Source of the DNA: Candidatus Wolframiiraptor gerlachensis
GTDB taxonomy: Archaea; Thermoproteota; Nitrososphaeria_A; Caldarchaeales; Wolframiiraptoraceae
Length of the DNA stretch: 64,000 nt
NCBI GenBank assembly: GCA_021323375.2
Contig: JAJPCT020000023.1
Span: 1-64,000 of the forward strand
Direction of reading: 5' to 3'
The notes under the pieces are model-generated. The model saw only the letters and a list, made by a program, of their open reading frames with translations. It did no database searches and was not told the DNA's origin. Every line of letters starts with the position of its first letter. The stretch's first letter is position 1. Below are positions 8,507 through 18,118 of this stretch, in pieces. The position numbers were made by a program, and so were the translations under genes.

Positions 8507-8967
8507 GCGGCTACACCCTCAATCTCGCTGGGCTTGAGAAGCTTTCCACCAGCCTCTCTTACCGCTTTCTCGGCGCGCTCGGTCCAGCTATCCACGATGA
8601 CCACGAACCCTCTATCCAGCTTTCCCCTGCCAACAAGCTTCCCGACCCCGAGGGCGGAGAGATCAATCACCGGCATGCCATCCATGAGCTTAAGCTCACC
8701 CCTCCGCTCCAAGTTCTCCACGAGCGTCGAGAGCTGGATCAAGTTCATAGACCTGATCTCGCGCTTGTTCGGCCTATAGAAGCCGTGCTTCCCGAAGTAG
8801 TCCGGGTCATATCTGAGAACCCAAGTCCACTTATGCTTATGCATGCCAGCGTGGCCATGTCCGCCCCTAGAGCCAGATTTTCTATGCTGGCCTATTTGGC
8901 CCCAGCCACATGTCCTACTACCTCTACGCTTCCTGCTCTTCCGATGCCGCGTTCCCATGGACTTCAC
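8503..8967 (-). CDS. rpl15: Ribosomal protein uL15
   Basis: RGSRTCGWG, GGHGHAG, FGKHGF, KLVGRG. Confidence 0.95.
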   Translation of the reverse strand: MKSMGTRHRKSRKRRGSRTCGWGQIGQHRKSGSRGGHGHAGMHKHKWTWVLRYDPDYFGKHGFYRPNKREIRSMNLIQLSTLVENLERRGELKLMDGMPVIDLSALGVGKLVGRGKLDRGFVVIVDSWTERAEKAVREAGGKLLKPSEIEGVAA

Positions 8968-9032
8968 GCACCCCTTCAGTGAGCACTTTCCGGAGACAGC
9001 CAGCCTCCTGCCTTAATATACCTTTTCCAGCC

Positions 9033-9521
9033 CTATACCCCAGCCATTCTGACGAAGAGCTCGTTTATCTTCTCGCCGCGGTAGCCATACTCGCCGCCCA
9101 TGGAGAAGTGTTTCTTGATCGTCTTCTTGAATCCACCCTTTGGCGGGTGGAGCCTCGCGTAGGGCTTCACACCCTTCTCCTTTAGCGAGCTAAGGGTTAC
9201 CTCGGCGTTGTAAAGCTTCCTCGCCAAGTCTTCGAGGGACTCGAAGCCAAGCTTCCTCGCATACTCGTCATCCAGCGTTCCATCGCCCATAATCTCCACC
9301 CTCCTGAGGAATGTCTTGATCGTTTTGAGGTTCGGCTCACCCCAAGTTATCATGTGCTCGACCTTCCTCAGCATCCCCTCATAGCTCGGAGTTCTCGGGA
9401 CTATCGTTGCCCAGTTAGCCCTACTAAGATTCAGCATCTTGAGTGTGTCAAGGTGGTCCTTCCTCGCCTTGACGCTCCCCTTAATCCTTATCACGAGATA
9501 GCATTTGGCCTCCTCGGACAA
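9033..9521 (-). CDS. rpl30: Ribosomal protein uL30
   Basis: TLKMLNL, GMLRKV..ITWGE, RLHPPKGGF, YGYRG. Confidence 0.95.
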   Translation of the reverse strand: MSEEAKCYLVIRIKGSVKARKDHLDTLKMLNLSRANWATIVPRTPSYEGMLRKVEHMITWGEPNLKTIKTFLRRVEIMGDGTLDDEYARKLGFESLEDLARKLYNAEVTLSSLKEKGVKPYARLHPPKGGFKKTIKKHFSMGGEYGYRGEKINELFVRMAGV

Positions 9522-9527
9522 GGCTCA

Positions 9528-10139
9528 TCACCACATGGTCGGGAGAACTATCTTGTTCGTGTTTCTAAGGGCCTCGATGACTGCTCCGGCGAATGACAGC
9601 GTTGTTCTAGTCTCGCCGAATGTTCGCGTCCAGACATCCTCGACCCCCGCGAGCTCGAGGACTATTCTCGCGGCCTCGCCGGCGACTATGCCCAAGCCCC
9701 TCGGCCCGGGTATCAGCTCGATCCTCACGCTCCCGCGCTTGCCCTCAACCTTCGTCAAGAGGCTGTGAGGCTGTCCACACGCGCACTCCCAACTCCCGCA
9801 ACCCCTCCTCACGGGGATGATATTCATCTTCGCGTTCTTCACGGCTTTCTCTATCGCAGAGACCACGTGAACAGCCTTACCAGTCCCCAGCCCGACATAT
9901 CCATCCCTGTTGCCCACGATCACTATAGCCCTGAACCTCGATCGCTCCCCAGCCGCCGTCTGCTTCTGGACAAGATTAATATCCAAGACCTCCTGCTCCA
10001 AGTTCGGCAGCAAGTAGTCCACGATCTCGGGCTCCGTGATCTTAAGGTTCTGCGCGAATAGCTCAGCTATCGAGGTTATCCTGCCCTCCTTAACCATCCT
10101 GCCAACTCTTGTTTTAGGAGACCATTCCTCCGCGCTCAT
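9528..10139 (-). CDS. rps5: Ribosomal protein uS5
   Basis: [30 protein letters not shown]. Confidence 0.97.
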   Translation of the reverse strand: MSAEEWSPKTRVGRMVKEGRITSIAELFAQNLKITEPEIVDYLLPNLEQEVLDINLVQKQTAAGERSRFRAIVIVGNRDGYVGLGTGKAVHVVSAIEKAVKNAKMNIIPVRRGCGSWECACGQPHSLLTKVEGKRGSVRIELIPGPRGLGIVAGEAARIVLELAGVEDVWTRTFGETRTTLSFAGAVIEALRNTNKIVLPTMW

Positions 10140-10711
10140 ACTCCACTCAACTCCTTTAGAATCCTATTCTTAACCTCCTCGAAATGCTTCTCCAAGTTCA
10201 TGTAAATGAACTCATCACTCTTTGAGAACTGGGTTGTCTGCAAGCCCGACTCACGAATCATCCTATAATACTCGGATATGTGTTTTCCAGAAATCCTATC
10301 CTCGTCGGGCAGTATCTCCTCCCCGAGGGGTATCTCGATCCCGGCATCCCTGAAGCCTAGCGCGGCCGCGAAGATCTTTGACCCCCTACTAGGAGTCTGT
10401 AGCCCTATATCCAAGATCGCCTTCTCGACCTTGTCCTTTACTAGGAGACCGGCTAGCAGGCCTGTCAAGTAGGCCGCGGGCGTATTCTTCAAGCTCGCCC
10501 TCCACCCATAATCCCTTAACTTCTTCGATGTTACAGTCAGGATGGTCTCATCGCCGCCGAGCTTCGATCTTATCACCTGGACGATTATCTGGTTGTTAGT
10601 TTTCCTGACGACGAGCCTTGGCAGGCCCGACTTTACGAGCTTCAGCCTCTTCCGGTAATCTGTGAGGCCGAGCCTCCTCCGCTTGGGAGGCATTCGCTTT
10701 AATAGGCTCAT
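10136..10711 (-). CDS. rpl18: Ribosomal protein uL18
   Basis: [31 protein letters not shown]. Confidence 0.96.
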   Translation of the reverse strand: MSLLKRMPPKRRRLGLTDYRKRLKLVKSGLPRLVVRKTNNQIIVQVIRSKLGGDETILTVTSKKLRDYGWRASLKNTPAAYLTGLLAGLLVKDKVEKAILDIGLQTPSRGSKIFAAALGFRDAGIEIPLGEEILPDEDRISGKHISEYYRMIRESGLQTTQFSKSDEFIYMNLEKHFEEVKNRILKELSGV

Positions 10712-11160
10712 AGTAGCGGCCTCCTGATCAGGTTATTCTGTGTAAGATACTCCATCATAGATGCAACGGACTTGAATGCGCCGGCCTTAACCATCATGTA
10801 GACCTTCCTATACGTTGTCCTCGTTATGAGGCCGCGATCTCTCAGCTCCTTCAGCTTCCTCCTCTGAGCTCTCACCCTAATCATCCACTGCTCCTTCCTC
10901 GAGAGCCTGCTATATTTTCCGCCTTCCTTGCTCCCGGGCCCCCTGCTCTTCTTGCGCTTTCTTGCTCTTACCCGCGCCCGGCTTATCCCCTTCTCCTGCT
11001 CCTTCCAGATAACGCCATCCTTTATCAGCCTCCTAATATCCTCACGGGTTATCGCCTCAGAGACCTCCTCAAGCTTCTCCGGATCAAGCTTCACCCTATG
11101 GATTCCACATTTCAAGAGGTCTGCTGCCAACCTCTTCTGAAGTGTGAGTTTAAAGCCCAT
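10708..11160 (-). CDS. rpl19e: Ribosomal protein eL19
   Basis: LQKRLAADLLKCG, TREDIRRLI, RGPGS, WMIRVRAQR. Confidence 0.96.
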   Translation of the reverse strand: MGFKLTLQKRLAADLLKCGIHRVKLDPEKLEEVSEAITREDIRRLIKDGVIWKEQEKGISRARVRARKRKKSRGPGSKEGGKYSRLSRKEQWMIRVRAQRRKLKELRDRGLITRTTYRKVYMMVKAGAFKSVASMMEYLTQNNLIRRPLL

Positions 11161-11608
11161 TTTCCTTCACCTCCTGTGAGAGCTCCTCTATCTCGGGCCT
11201 AACCACTTCCACCTCCTCAACCTCCTCCATTAGCCTCGGAGGGTTGAGTATCTTCAGCCCGAGCTTCCTTGCCTCCTCCACTATGAGCAGCCTCTTCCTC
11301 ATCCCGACGGAGCCGGCTATCCTAATCGCGTGGACTTCAGGGTTGAGGCCTTGGAGATCCTCGGGCCTATACACTAAGACCTCCTTATAGCCGCTGGGAT
11401 GCAGATCCCTGTAATCTTTCGGGGTCCTGTATCCGATCTTGACTAGTGGGGGCCATCCCTTAACTTGGAGCCTCATCTTGCTATCCTTCCCCTTCGGCCT
11501 CCTCCAGTTAGGCTTAATCCTCACATATCTCCAGCTCTCCTGCCTGACGAACTCCGGCCTCTTGAGCTTCAGCTCTTTAACCCATCTCGGGATCTTTATC
11601 GGGCTCAT
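11150..11608 (-). CDS. rpl32e: Ribosomal protein eL32
   Basis: FVRQ, WRRPKGKDSKMR, GYRTP, HPSG, ILNP. Confidence 0.96.
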   Translation of the reverse strand: MSPIKIPRWVKELKLKRPEFVRQESWRYVRIKPNWRRPKGKDSKMRLQVKGWPPLVKIGYRTPKDYRDLHPSGYKEVLVYRPEDLQGLNPEVHAIRIAGSVGMRKRLLIVEEARKLGLKILNPPRLMEEVEEVEVVRPEIEELSQEVKENGL

Positions 11609-12160
11609 CTACTCCATCCCCACCTTCTTCTCGTAAATGTATATTCCGTCGAGGAACTTTCTCGGATCCTTTCTCCTCACCTTCGTCGCCTGCTCTATGT
11701 TTGCCGCCGTCTGGCCGACCGCCTCCTTATCCACGCCCTTCACTATCACATCATCACCCCTTACTTCGACCCTCGTCCCCTCGCCAACAATCTTCGCTAT
11801 CCTTGGAGACCTCTCACCGATGAAGTTCTCTATGTAGACCGTATCTCCCTGAACCTTGACGGTTATGGGGAAGTGGGATGCGACGATCTTCATCTTGTAT
11901 GTGAAGCCTTGGGTAACGCCCACAATCATGTTCTCGATTATGCTCCTTATCGTCCCTATGAGTGCCTTGGCCCGCCTACCCCTTCCCACGAGCTTCACGA
12001 GAATCTTGTTCGAGGCGAGCTCAAGCTTCACATTAGCGTGAGAAAGATCCTTCACGACCTGGCCAAGCTTACCCTTCACCCTAATCCTGCTAGAACCCTC
12101 TATCTCGACCACAACGCCCTCCGGAACCTCTATCTCCTCAACATACTCCTGCAGGGGCAT
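11609..12160 (-). CDS. rpl6: Ribosomal protein uL6 (probable start MPLQ at 12160)
   Basis: NMIVGVTQG, HFPI, NFIGE, GQTAANIEQ, DPRKFLDGIY. Confidence 0.96.
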   Translation of the reverse strand: MPLQEYVEEIEVPEGVVVEIEGSSRIRVKGKLGQVVKDLSHANVKLELASNKILVKLVGRGRRAKALIGTIRSIIENMIVGVTQGFTYKMKIVASHFPITVKVQGDTVYIENFIGERSPRIAKIVGEGTRVEVRGDDVIVKGVDKEAVGQTAANIEQATKVRRKDPRKFLDGIYIYEKKVGME

Positions 12161-12240
12161 GACCCCCAATTCACCTGCCACGAGCCTCATCCTTTAACCC
12201 CGATCTTCCAGCGAATCTGATCCACCCGCCGCTATATTGC

Positions 12241-12250
12241 TATTTAAAAA
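12241..12250 (-). promoter_or_regulatory. Putative TATA box for rpl6-rpl30 block
   Basis: TTTTTAAATA on minus strand upstream of rpl6, within the unusually long rps8-rpl6 gap. Confidence 0.45.
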
Positions 12251-12432
12251 TTCCGGGCGCCGAAAAATCCCGCAAGAAGCTATGCTTAGAAGAGGCTGCA
12301 GCCCCAAACTTATGGCTCGAGATAGTCGGGGGATAATGAGAGGCTCTTCGATAGATTGAAAGAAATGCTAGGCCTAATACTGCGTAGACCTAATTAGGAA
12401 GTTTATCACCTAGTAGGGCACTTTTACGTACT

Positions 12433-12551
12433 GCTGGCCAGTGAGCGATAAAAGCCGGAGAACCTGTGGTAAGGATACGTTCCTGCCATGACCTCCTATG
12501 GTAGTTTCAATAGACTCCCGCCGGGCCAGCTACAATAGCTCGCCGGTCAGC
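12433..12551 (+). ncRNA. Uncharacterised structured element, copy 2
   Basis: Colinear homolog of 2358-2480 with the same predicted stems; candidate TATA (TTTATC, 12402-12407) ~26 nt upstream. Confidence 0.55.
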
Positions 12552-12613
12552 CCACCACCCAACTTTCATTATCTACTGTATTGTTTGAAGCATAAACATA
12601 AAAATTGAGGAGG

Positions 12614-13000
12614 CTAATACACATATCCTAGCAGCTTTCCTCCAAGACCTTTTGCCTTCGCCTCCTTATGGGACATCACTCCCTGGCTTGTCGTGACTAT
12701 GAGTATCCCAATATCCTTGCTGGGGAGATACTGCTGCTCCCACTTCTCATACTCATCCTTCTTCACGCTGAATCTAGGCCTGATGGGCGCCGCCCTGTTT
12801 ATCCTGCCGAGAAGCTGTATCCTGAACTTTCCTCCCCTGCCATCCTCGATATACTCTATTGCGCCTATGTAACCATGCCTCTGAAGAGTCTTCAATATCT
12901 CGCCTATCAGCTTGGAGGCATAGTATACGCACTCCCTATTCCTGACCATCTCATTATTCTGGAGTGTCGTGAAGAGACCCGAGACCAAGTCCTTGCTCAT
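12614..13000 (-). CDS. rps8: Ribosomal protein uS8
   Basis: GYIG, DGRGG, LLGRIN, TTSQGVMSH, GGKLLGYVY. Confidence 0.96.
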   Translation of the reverse strand: MSKDLVSGLFTTLQNNEMVRNRECVYYASKLIGEILKTLQRHGYIGAIEYIEDGRGGKFRIQLLGRINRAAPIRPRFSVKKDEYEKWEQQYLPSKDIGILIVTTSQGVMSHKEAKAKGLGGKLLGYVY

Positions 13001-13050
13001 CTCCCCATAGTGAGGCGGGTTATGATAATCCGTTAATAAGTGTTTTTCAG

Positions 13051-13215
13051 CTACTCATACACCTTGAAGCCCAAGAGGGGGGCAACTTCGTTAATGCACC
13101 TCCTACAGATGTATAGCTTATACTTCCTGATAACACCATCAGTAGTCCCACATCTCCTACACTTGACCACGCCCTTCCCGAACTTCCGCTCCTTCGGCGG
13201 CTTCTGCTTCGCCAT
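13051..13215 (-). CDS. rps14: Ribosomal protein uS14 (zinc-binding)
   Basis: CRRCG...IRKY.L.ICRRC..LGF. Confidence 0.94.
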   Translation of the reverse strand: MAKQKPPKERKFGKGVVKCRRCGTTDGVIRKYKLYICRRCINEVAPLLGFKVYE

Positions 13216-13271
13216 ACCTCGCTTCAAACGACACCTCTCCACGGGATAATTTTAAGATTATTCGAGGACAG

Positions 13272-13829
13272 CTACTCCTCAACTATCCTTACGCCGAACT
13301 CACTTCTCATGAACTCCATCGCCTCTTCCCTCGTTATCCTATGGCTTTTCGGTATGCTTCTTCTACCCCTTCTTCTGAGGGAAACTCTTAACCCAGGCCT
13401 AGAGAGGTGGACGCAGACATCCATGCCAATTATCCCGAGCTCAGGATCATATTTCGTGCCCGGGATATCCAAGTGCTCCCTGATGCCGAATGAGAAGTTT
13501 CCCTGATCATCGAAGCTTGAGGCCTTCAAGGTGTTGTTCACGGCTTGCAGCGCCTTCCTGAGAAACTCGATCGCCCTCTCCTTCCTGAGGGTTACCCTGA
13601 CGGCTATGGGCTGCCCCTTATAGATCCCGAACCCCTTGATCGTCTTCTTCGCCTTCCGTAGCTCTGGCTTCTGCCCCGTCAGCATCTCGATTATCTTTGC
13701 GGCCCTCTCAAGCCTCTGGGGGCTCGCCCCTATACAAGAGTTCACGACAACTTTCTCCACCCTAATCCTCCTCATCGGGTTCTCTTCTTTCTTCGCTGGC
13801 CGCGCCTCTATCATGGTAGCTTGATCCAT
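13272..13829 (-). CDS. rpl5: Ribosomal protein uL5
   Basis: NPMRRIRVEKVVVN, VTLR, GNFSFGI.EH, YDPELGIIG. Confidence 0.96.
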   Translation of the reverse strand: MDQATMIEARPAKKEENPMRRIRVEKVVVNSCIGASPQRLERAAKIIEMLTGQKPELRKAKKTIKGFGIYKGQPIAVRVTLRKERAIEFLRKALQAVNNTLKASSFDDQGNFSFGIREHLDIPGTKYDPELGIIGMDVCVHLSRPGLRVSLRRRGRRSIPKSHRITREEAMEFMRSEFGVRIVEE

Positions 13830-14530
13830 GGCTCCTCCTCCCCAACAACCATCACGTAGTCGAGTAGCGAGCTTACCTCGCCTATGCTTGATTTTAGCCT
13901 TACGATGGGCTTCGCGGGATATGTTACATCACGCCTAATCTCGATAATCTCGCCATGCAGCCCCTGCTTCGGCCCCTTAACCAATAGACCATACCTGCCC
14001 TCCTCAAGCCTTAGATATCCCAGGATAACTTGGCTTGGAACAGAGATCTTCACAGTATCCCTTGTATTATATTGCCTAACCTCCTCGGTTACATCCCTGA
14101 ATCTTATGTTTCTGCCATCATGGAGGGTTATCTGGAGATGGCCTCCAGGAACATGCATCTTCCTGATGATCCTCCCAAGCTTGAAGCCCGACTCCTCTCT
14201 CGGTATCTCGACTAGGTCTAGGCCGCGCCTGTATATGGGTAGCACCCTATAATTCTCGCCTGTCTCAGGTATTGAGACCACATCCATTAGGCCCACCGGG
14301 AACTTGTAATCCTTCACAGGCCTACCATCCACGAGGATCTTGCCCGCGCCTATAATCTTTCTAGCCTCCTCAGCCCTCTCCGCATACCTCAGGTAATCCC
14401 TGACTATTAGGAGAAGAGGTATGCACTCATATTTTGGATGTGGGCCTGGTGATGGGCAGACCGTGAAGACGGCTTCTTTGACGGAGATTTTGAGATGTGG
14501 TGGCGCTGCGAGGCGCTTAAGATGCCCCAT
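13811..14530 (-). CDS. rps4e: Ribosomal protein eS4
   Basis: HLKRLAAP, PSPGPH, FPVGLMDV, HDGRNI. Confidence 0.96.
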   Translation of the reverse strand: MGHLKRLAAPPHLKISVKEAVFTVCPSPGPHPKYECIPLLLIVRDYLRYAERAEEARKIIGAGKILVDGRPVKDYKFPVGLMDVVSIPETGENYRVLPIYRRGLDLVEIPREESGFKLGRIIRKMHVPGGHLQITLHDGRNIRFRDVTEEVRQYNTRDTVKISVPSQVILGYLRLEEGRYGLLVKGPKQGLHGEIIEIRRDVTYPAKPIVRLKSSIGEVSSLLDYVMVVGEEEPWIKLP

Positions 14531-14904
14531 TAGGCCTCAACCTCCTTTCCTCTGAGTAATGCTCTCTTCCGATACTCGTCATCGAGATTAAGCTCGGTTA
14601 TCATCACATTCGAGACATGTATGGGTCTTGGGACATTTGAGCCATCAGCCTTCTTAATCGTCACGTTCTCGACATAGATCATCTGCCTCTCCCTATCAAC
14701 ACCGGTGACCTTTCCCTCGATGCCCTTAAACTCTCCTCTCAATATCTTCACCTTATCTCCGACTCTCACGGGAAATGATCTCCGCTTATACTTCTCCCTC
14801 AGCTCTGGTGAGAGGTGAGCTGATAGGAGCTTCGGGAGCCTATGCTTGGGAGCGTTGTAGAGGAACCTACGCTGCTTCCTAGGCTGATATGATACCCTAG
14901 CCAT
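14530..14904 (-). CDS. rpl24: Ribosomal protein uL24
   Basis: [34 protein letters not shown]. Confidence 0.96.
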   Translation of the reverse strand: MARVSYQPRKQRRFLYNAPKHRLPKLLSAHLSPELREKYKRRSFPVRVGDKVKILRGEFKGIEGKVTGVDRERQMIYVENVTIKKADGSNVPRPIHVSNVMITELNLDDEYRKRALLRGKEVEA

Positions 14905-14996
14905 GAATAATCACCCGGTCCATTGCATGCACTTTGTTCTTCAAGGTCTTGATGCCGCTGTCTCTCCCTAGTATTAAAGGTATTCCAAGGGAGAGC

Positions 14997-15149
14997 TTAG
15001 ACAACCTGCTGGCCTACAGTTATAACCCTCTTCTCGAAGTTGAATCTATTCCTGATTCTGGGAACTGGACTTCTCTTCGGCTTAGCCTCTATCTTCGGTG
15101 TCTGGGACCTGACTTTACCCGCCTTCGTGATTGAGCCATGGCTCGGCAT
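14997..15149 (-). CDS. rps30e: Ribosomal protein eS30 (50 aa, below ORF-track cutoff)
   Basis: Manual translation [50 protein letters not shown] matches the eS30 signature HGS.xKAGKVRxQTPK. Confidence 0.95.
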   Translation of the reverse strand: MPSHGSITKAGKVRSQTPKIEAKPKRSPVPRIRNRFNFEKRVITVGQQVV

Positions 15150-15221
15150 GTCCGCTGAGAGACTGGAGGACCCTGCATTTAAGGTTTAAGCTAATAGGTC
15201 TGGCGAGCGCGAATCTGGGGG

Positions 15222-15719
15222 CTACTCGTATGTATCGTAGCGGACCAGCTCCTCTAGGCTCTTCTTGGGTCTCGGCTTTGGCCTCTCAGCCGGGTATCCA
15301 AGGGTTATCATGGCCACGACCTTCATGTGCTCCGGTATCTTGAGGGCCCTCTTCGCCTCATCCTCGGTGAAGTGCCCTATCCAGCATGTTCCGAGGCCGA
15401 GAGCCTCTGCAGCTATCACCATGTTCTGGAGGGCTATCACCACGTCGACGATCGCCCACTTCGCCCTAGAGTCGCCGCATCCGACAATGACTATGGGCGC
15501 CTCCTCGATGAACCTATTCCACTCTGAGAAGACTAGCTTTTTCTTCAGCTCCGGGTCTCGGACTACTATGAAGCAGTAGGGCTGGAGATTTCTGGCGCTT
15601 GGAGCCTGCCGCCCAGCCTCAAGAATAGCCCTAAGAACATCATCCGGCACAGGTCTCCTCTCATACTTCCTCACGCTCCTCCGATTGTATATTATCCTCA
15701 GAAGCTCTTGGGAGCTCAT
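15222..15719 (-). CDS. Nitroreductase family protein
   Basis: RRSVRKY, APSARNLQP, AEALGLGTCWIG, LGYP. Confidence 0.92.
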   Translation of the reverse strand: MSSQELLRIIYNRRSVRKYERRPVPDDVLRAILEAGRQAPSARNLQPYCFIVVRDPELKKKLVFSEWNRFIEEAPIVIVGCGDSRAKWAIVDVVIALQNMVIAAEALGLGTCWIGHFTEDEAKRALKIPEHMKVVAMITLGYPAERPKPRPKKSLEELVRYDTYE

Positions 15720-15815
15720 GCCTCACGCCCTCCAAGCGCATCATTTCCTCGAACATGATGCTGATTAGGATTATCCTGCCTCGGGAAAAGTTATGCCCGC
15801 GGCGCTAGCACCGAC

Positions 15816-16823
15816 ATGATCATGGGGCTGAGGATAGCGATTTATGGTTTCGGCGAGATTGGTAGGCTGATTGCGCGAGTAGCCCTAAGCAGGGGCCATG
15901 AGATTATCGGCGCTGTGGATATTAATCCGGAGATCATCGGGAGGGATGTTGGCAAGATTCTCGGTCTCGGCGATCTTGGCGTAAAGGTTACTAGAGATGT
16001 TGAGGAAGCCGTGAAGGAGTGTGATGTAGCTCTGCATGCTACGGGATCCTATCTGCCCAAGATCTATGATCAGATAACGTCCGTGGTGATGCTTGGTAAG
16101 CCTGTCATCTCGACATGCGAGACGCTTGCATATCCATATTACAGGTATCCCATCCTCGCCCGCAAGCTGGATGAGCTTGCGAGGACTCATGGCTCGACTA
16201 TTCTCGGCTCGGGGATAAACCCGGGATTCCTCCTCGACACACTAGTCATCGTTGCCTCAGCCACAGTTCCCATTATCAAGAAGATCAGGGCAAAGAGATG
16301 CCTCGATGCCTCGAGGAGAAGGGATTCCTTCAGGAGAAAGATCGGGCTTGGGCTTGAGCCTAGTGAAGTGGCTGAGGGGCTGAGATCCGGGAAATACTCC
16401 GGCCACGTGGGATATGCGGAGTCGGTCTGCTTGATAGCTGATGCCGCTGGCATAAACCTCTCTAGGGTTGAGGAGGGCCAGGAGCCCGTCATAGCTGATC
16501 AAGACGTAAAGGCCGGGAGCATGATTATAGGGAGGGGGAGGGTTAAGGGGGTTAAGGGCTATGGAGCTGGCTATGTTAATGGCGTGGAAAGGATTAGGGT
16601 TGAGTTCGAGGCGGTTGCCGGCGCTCAAGAATATGAGGAGATCGTTATCGAGGGCGAGGAATACTCGATTGCTTGGAGGAGTAGTGGGACGCCCGGGGAT
16701 CTTGGAACGGCATCAGTGATCCTTAGCCTCGCTGAAAGGGTTGATCGGATGCCCTATGGCCTGTTAACCATGGTCGACATAATACCCTTCGGCATCAGGT
16801 TCGTGGGGGCGGCGAAACTCTAA
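15816..16823 (+). CDS. Dihydrodipicolinate-reductase-like / 2,4-diaminopentanoate dehydrogenase-like NAD(P) oxidoreductase
   Basis: GFGEIG Rossmann motif, STCE, GSGINPGF, GHVG, GD..TA. Confidence 0.75.
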   Translation: MIMGLRIAIYGFGEIGRLIARVALSRGHEIIGAVDINPEIIGRDVGKILGLGDLGVKVTRDVEEAVKECDVALHATGSYLPKIYDQITSVVMLGKPVISTCETLAYPYYRYPILARKLDELARTHGSTILGSGINPGFLLDTLVIVASATVPIIKKIRAKRCLDASRRRDSFRRKIGLGLEPSEVAEGLRSGKYSGHVGYAESVCLIADAAGINLSRVEEGQEPVIADQDVKAGSMIIGRGRVKGVKGYGAGYVNGVERIRVEFEAVAGAQEYEEIVIEGEEYSIAWRSSGTPGDLGTASVILSLAERVDRMPYGLLTMVDIIPFGIRFVGAAKL

Positions 16824-16852
16824 TTAGGTCAGCATGTGCTTAAATAACGTCC

Positions 16853-18064
16853 ATGAGCGCGAAGCCGGCCATCTTGGTCGCCAGCCCATTAGCCGTGATC
16901 GGTTTATCGGATAACGAGGTAATTGTCGCAAAGGTTTATCCAAGGGATCTTGAGGCGAGGGCTGAGGCCTTTTCAAAGGTGAAGAGGGGGGAGCTTATAG
17001 GAGAGGTTAGGGAGGCTGTCTCGAAGCTTGCCTCAAGCGGCTTCAAGAGGATACAGGTCTCACCTCCAAGCCTCCTTCCCGCTCTCGTTAGGGAGTTTGG
17101 GGATCTTGAGTTAGGTGAGCTTGATAGGCCTGTTGATCTCGAGAGCTTCTTCGTCAAGAGCGGGCTCGTTGGAAGCATCGAGGAGTATCGGAGGGAAGTG
17201 AAGAGTGTTCTGGACAAGCTTGTGGAGGAGGAGTTGAAGGAGGCTGTCGCGAGAAGGGATATGATGATAGTTCACGCGGTGCATGTGTTGGAGGACTTGG
17301 ATAAGCAGATTAACATGGTCTATACGAGGTGTAGGGAGTGGTATGGCCTACACTTCCCCGAGCTGGCCGAGATCGTGGATGATCTAGAGGATTATCTGAG
17401 GATCGTGGCCGAAATAGGTGCGAGGAGGAATTTTGACGAGGAGAGGCTTGAGAGAATTGTCGGGCCGAAGCTCGCTGCACAGATTATGGAGAGGGTTAGA
17501 AACTCTGTTGGAGCCGACCTTAGCCCGGAGGATGAGGAGAGGGTGAAGGATGTTGCGAGGGAGGGGCTTAGGCTAATCCAGCTCAGGAAGGAGCAGGAGA
17601 GGTATATCGAGGAGCTTATGTCGGCTGAGGCCCCAAATCTCTCGGCGGTCGCAGGCCCGATACTCGGGGCCAAGCTCATCTCCATGGCCGGCGGACTGGA
17701 GAAGCTCGCAAGGCTCCCAGCGAGCACAATCCAAGTTCTCGGGGCTGAGAAGGCCCTCTTCAGGTTCTTCAGAACCGGGAGAGGGGCGCCGAAGCATGGC
17801 ATAATATTCCAGAGCCCCCTAATCCATGGCTCCCCAAAGCATCTCAGGGGAAAGATTGCTAGAGCCCTAGCAGCCACGATAGCGATCGCGGCGAAAATAG
17901 ACTATTTCACGCGAGAGGATAGGGGCGCCGAGCTCAGGGAGAAGCTTGAGAAGAGGCTCCAAGAGATAAGGGAGAAATATAAAAAGCCGCCGGCAAAGAA
18001 GCCTGTGCCGAAAGAGAAGCCTAGAAGGCCCGAGAGACCCAAGAAGCCCATGAAAAAGAAGTAG
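16853..18064 (+). CDS. nop5: Box C/D RNP protein Nop5 (Nop56/58)
   Basis: REWYGLHFPEL, APNL, PASTIQVLGAEKALF, PKHGIIF, Lys-rich tail. Confidence 0.96.
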   Translation: MSAKPAILVASPLAVIGLSDNEVIVAKVYPRDLEARAEAFSKVKRGELIGEVREAVSKLASSGFKRIQVSPPSLLPALVREFGDLELGELDRPVDLESFFVKSGLVGSIEEYRREVKSVLDKLVEEELKEAVARRDMMIVHAVHVLEDLDKQINMVYTRCREWYGLHFPELAEIVDDLEDYLRIVAEIGARRNFDEERLERIVGPKLAAQIMERVRNSVGADLSPEDEERVKDVAREGLRLIQLRKEQERYIEELMSAEAPNLSAVAGPILGAKLISMAGGLEKLARLPASTIQVLGAEKALFRFFRTGRGAPKHGIIFQSPLIHGSPKHLRGKIARALAATIAIAAKIDYFTREDRGAELREKLEKRLQEIREKYKKPPAKKPVPKEKPRRPERPKKPMKKK

Positions 18065-18118
18065 CCGTTCCCCCTAATGGCCGCGTGAGATATTTTAGCT
18101 GGCTGAGCCGCTGTCTGG

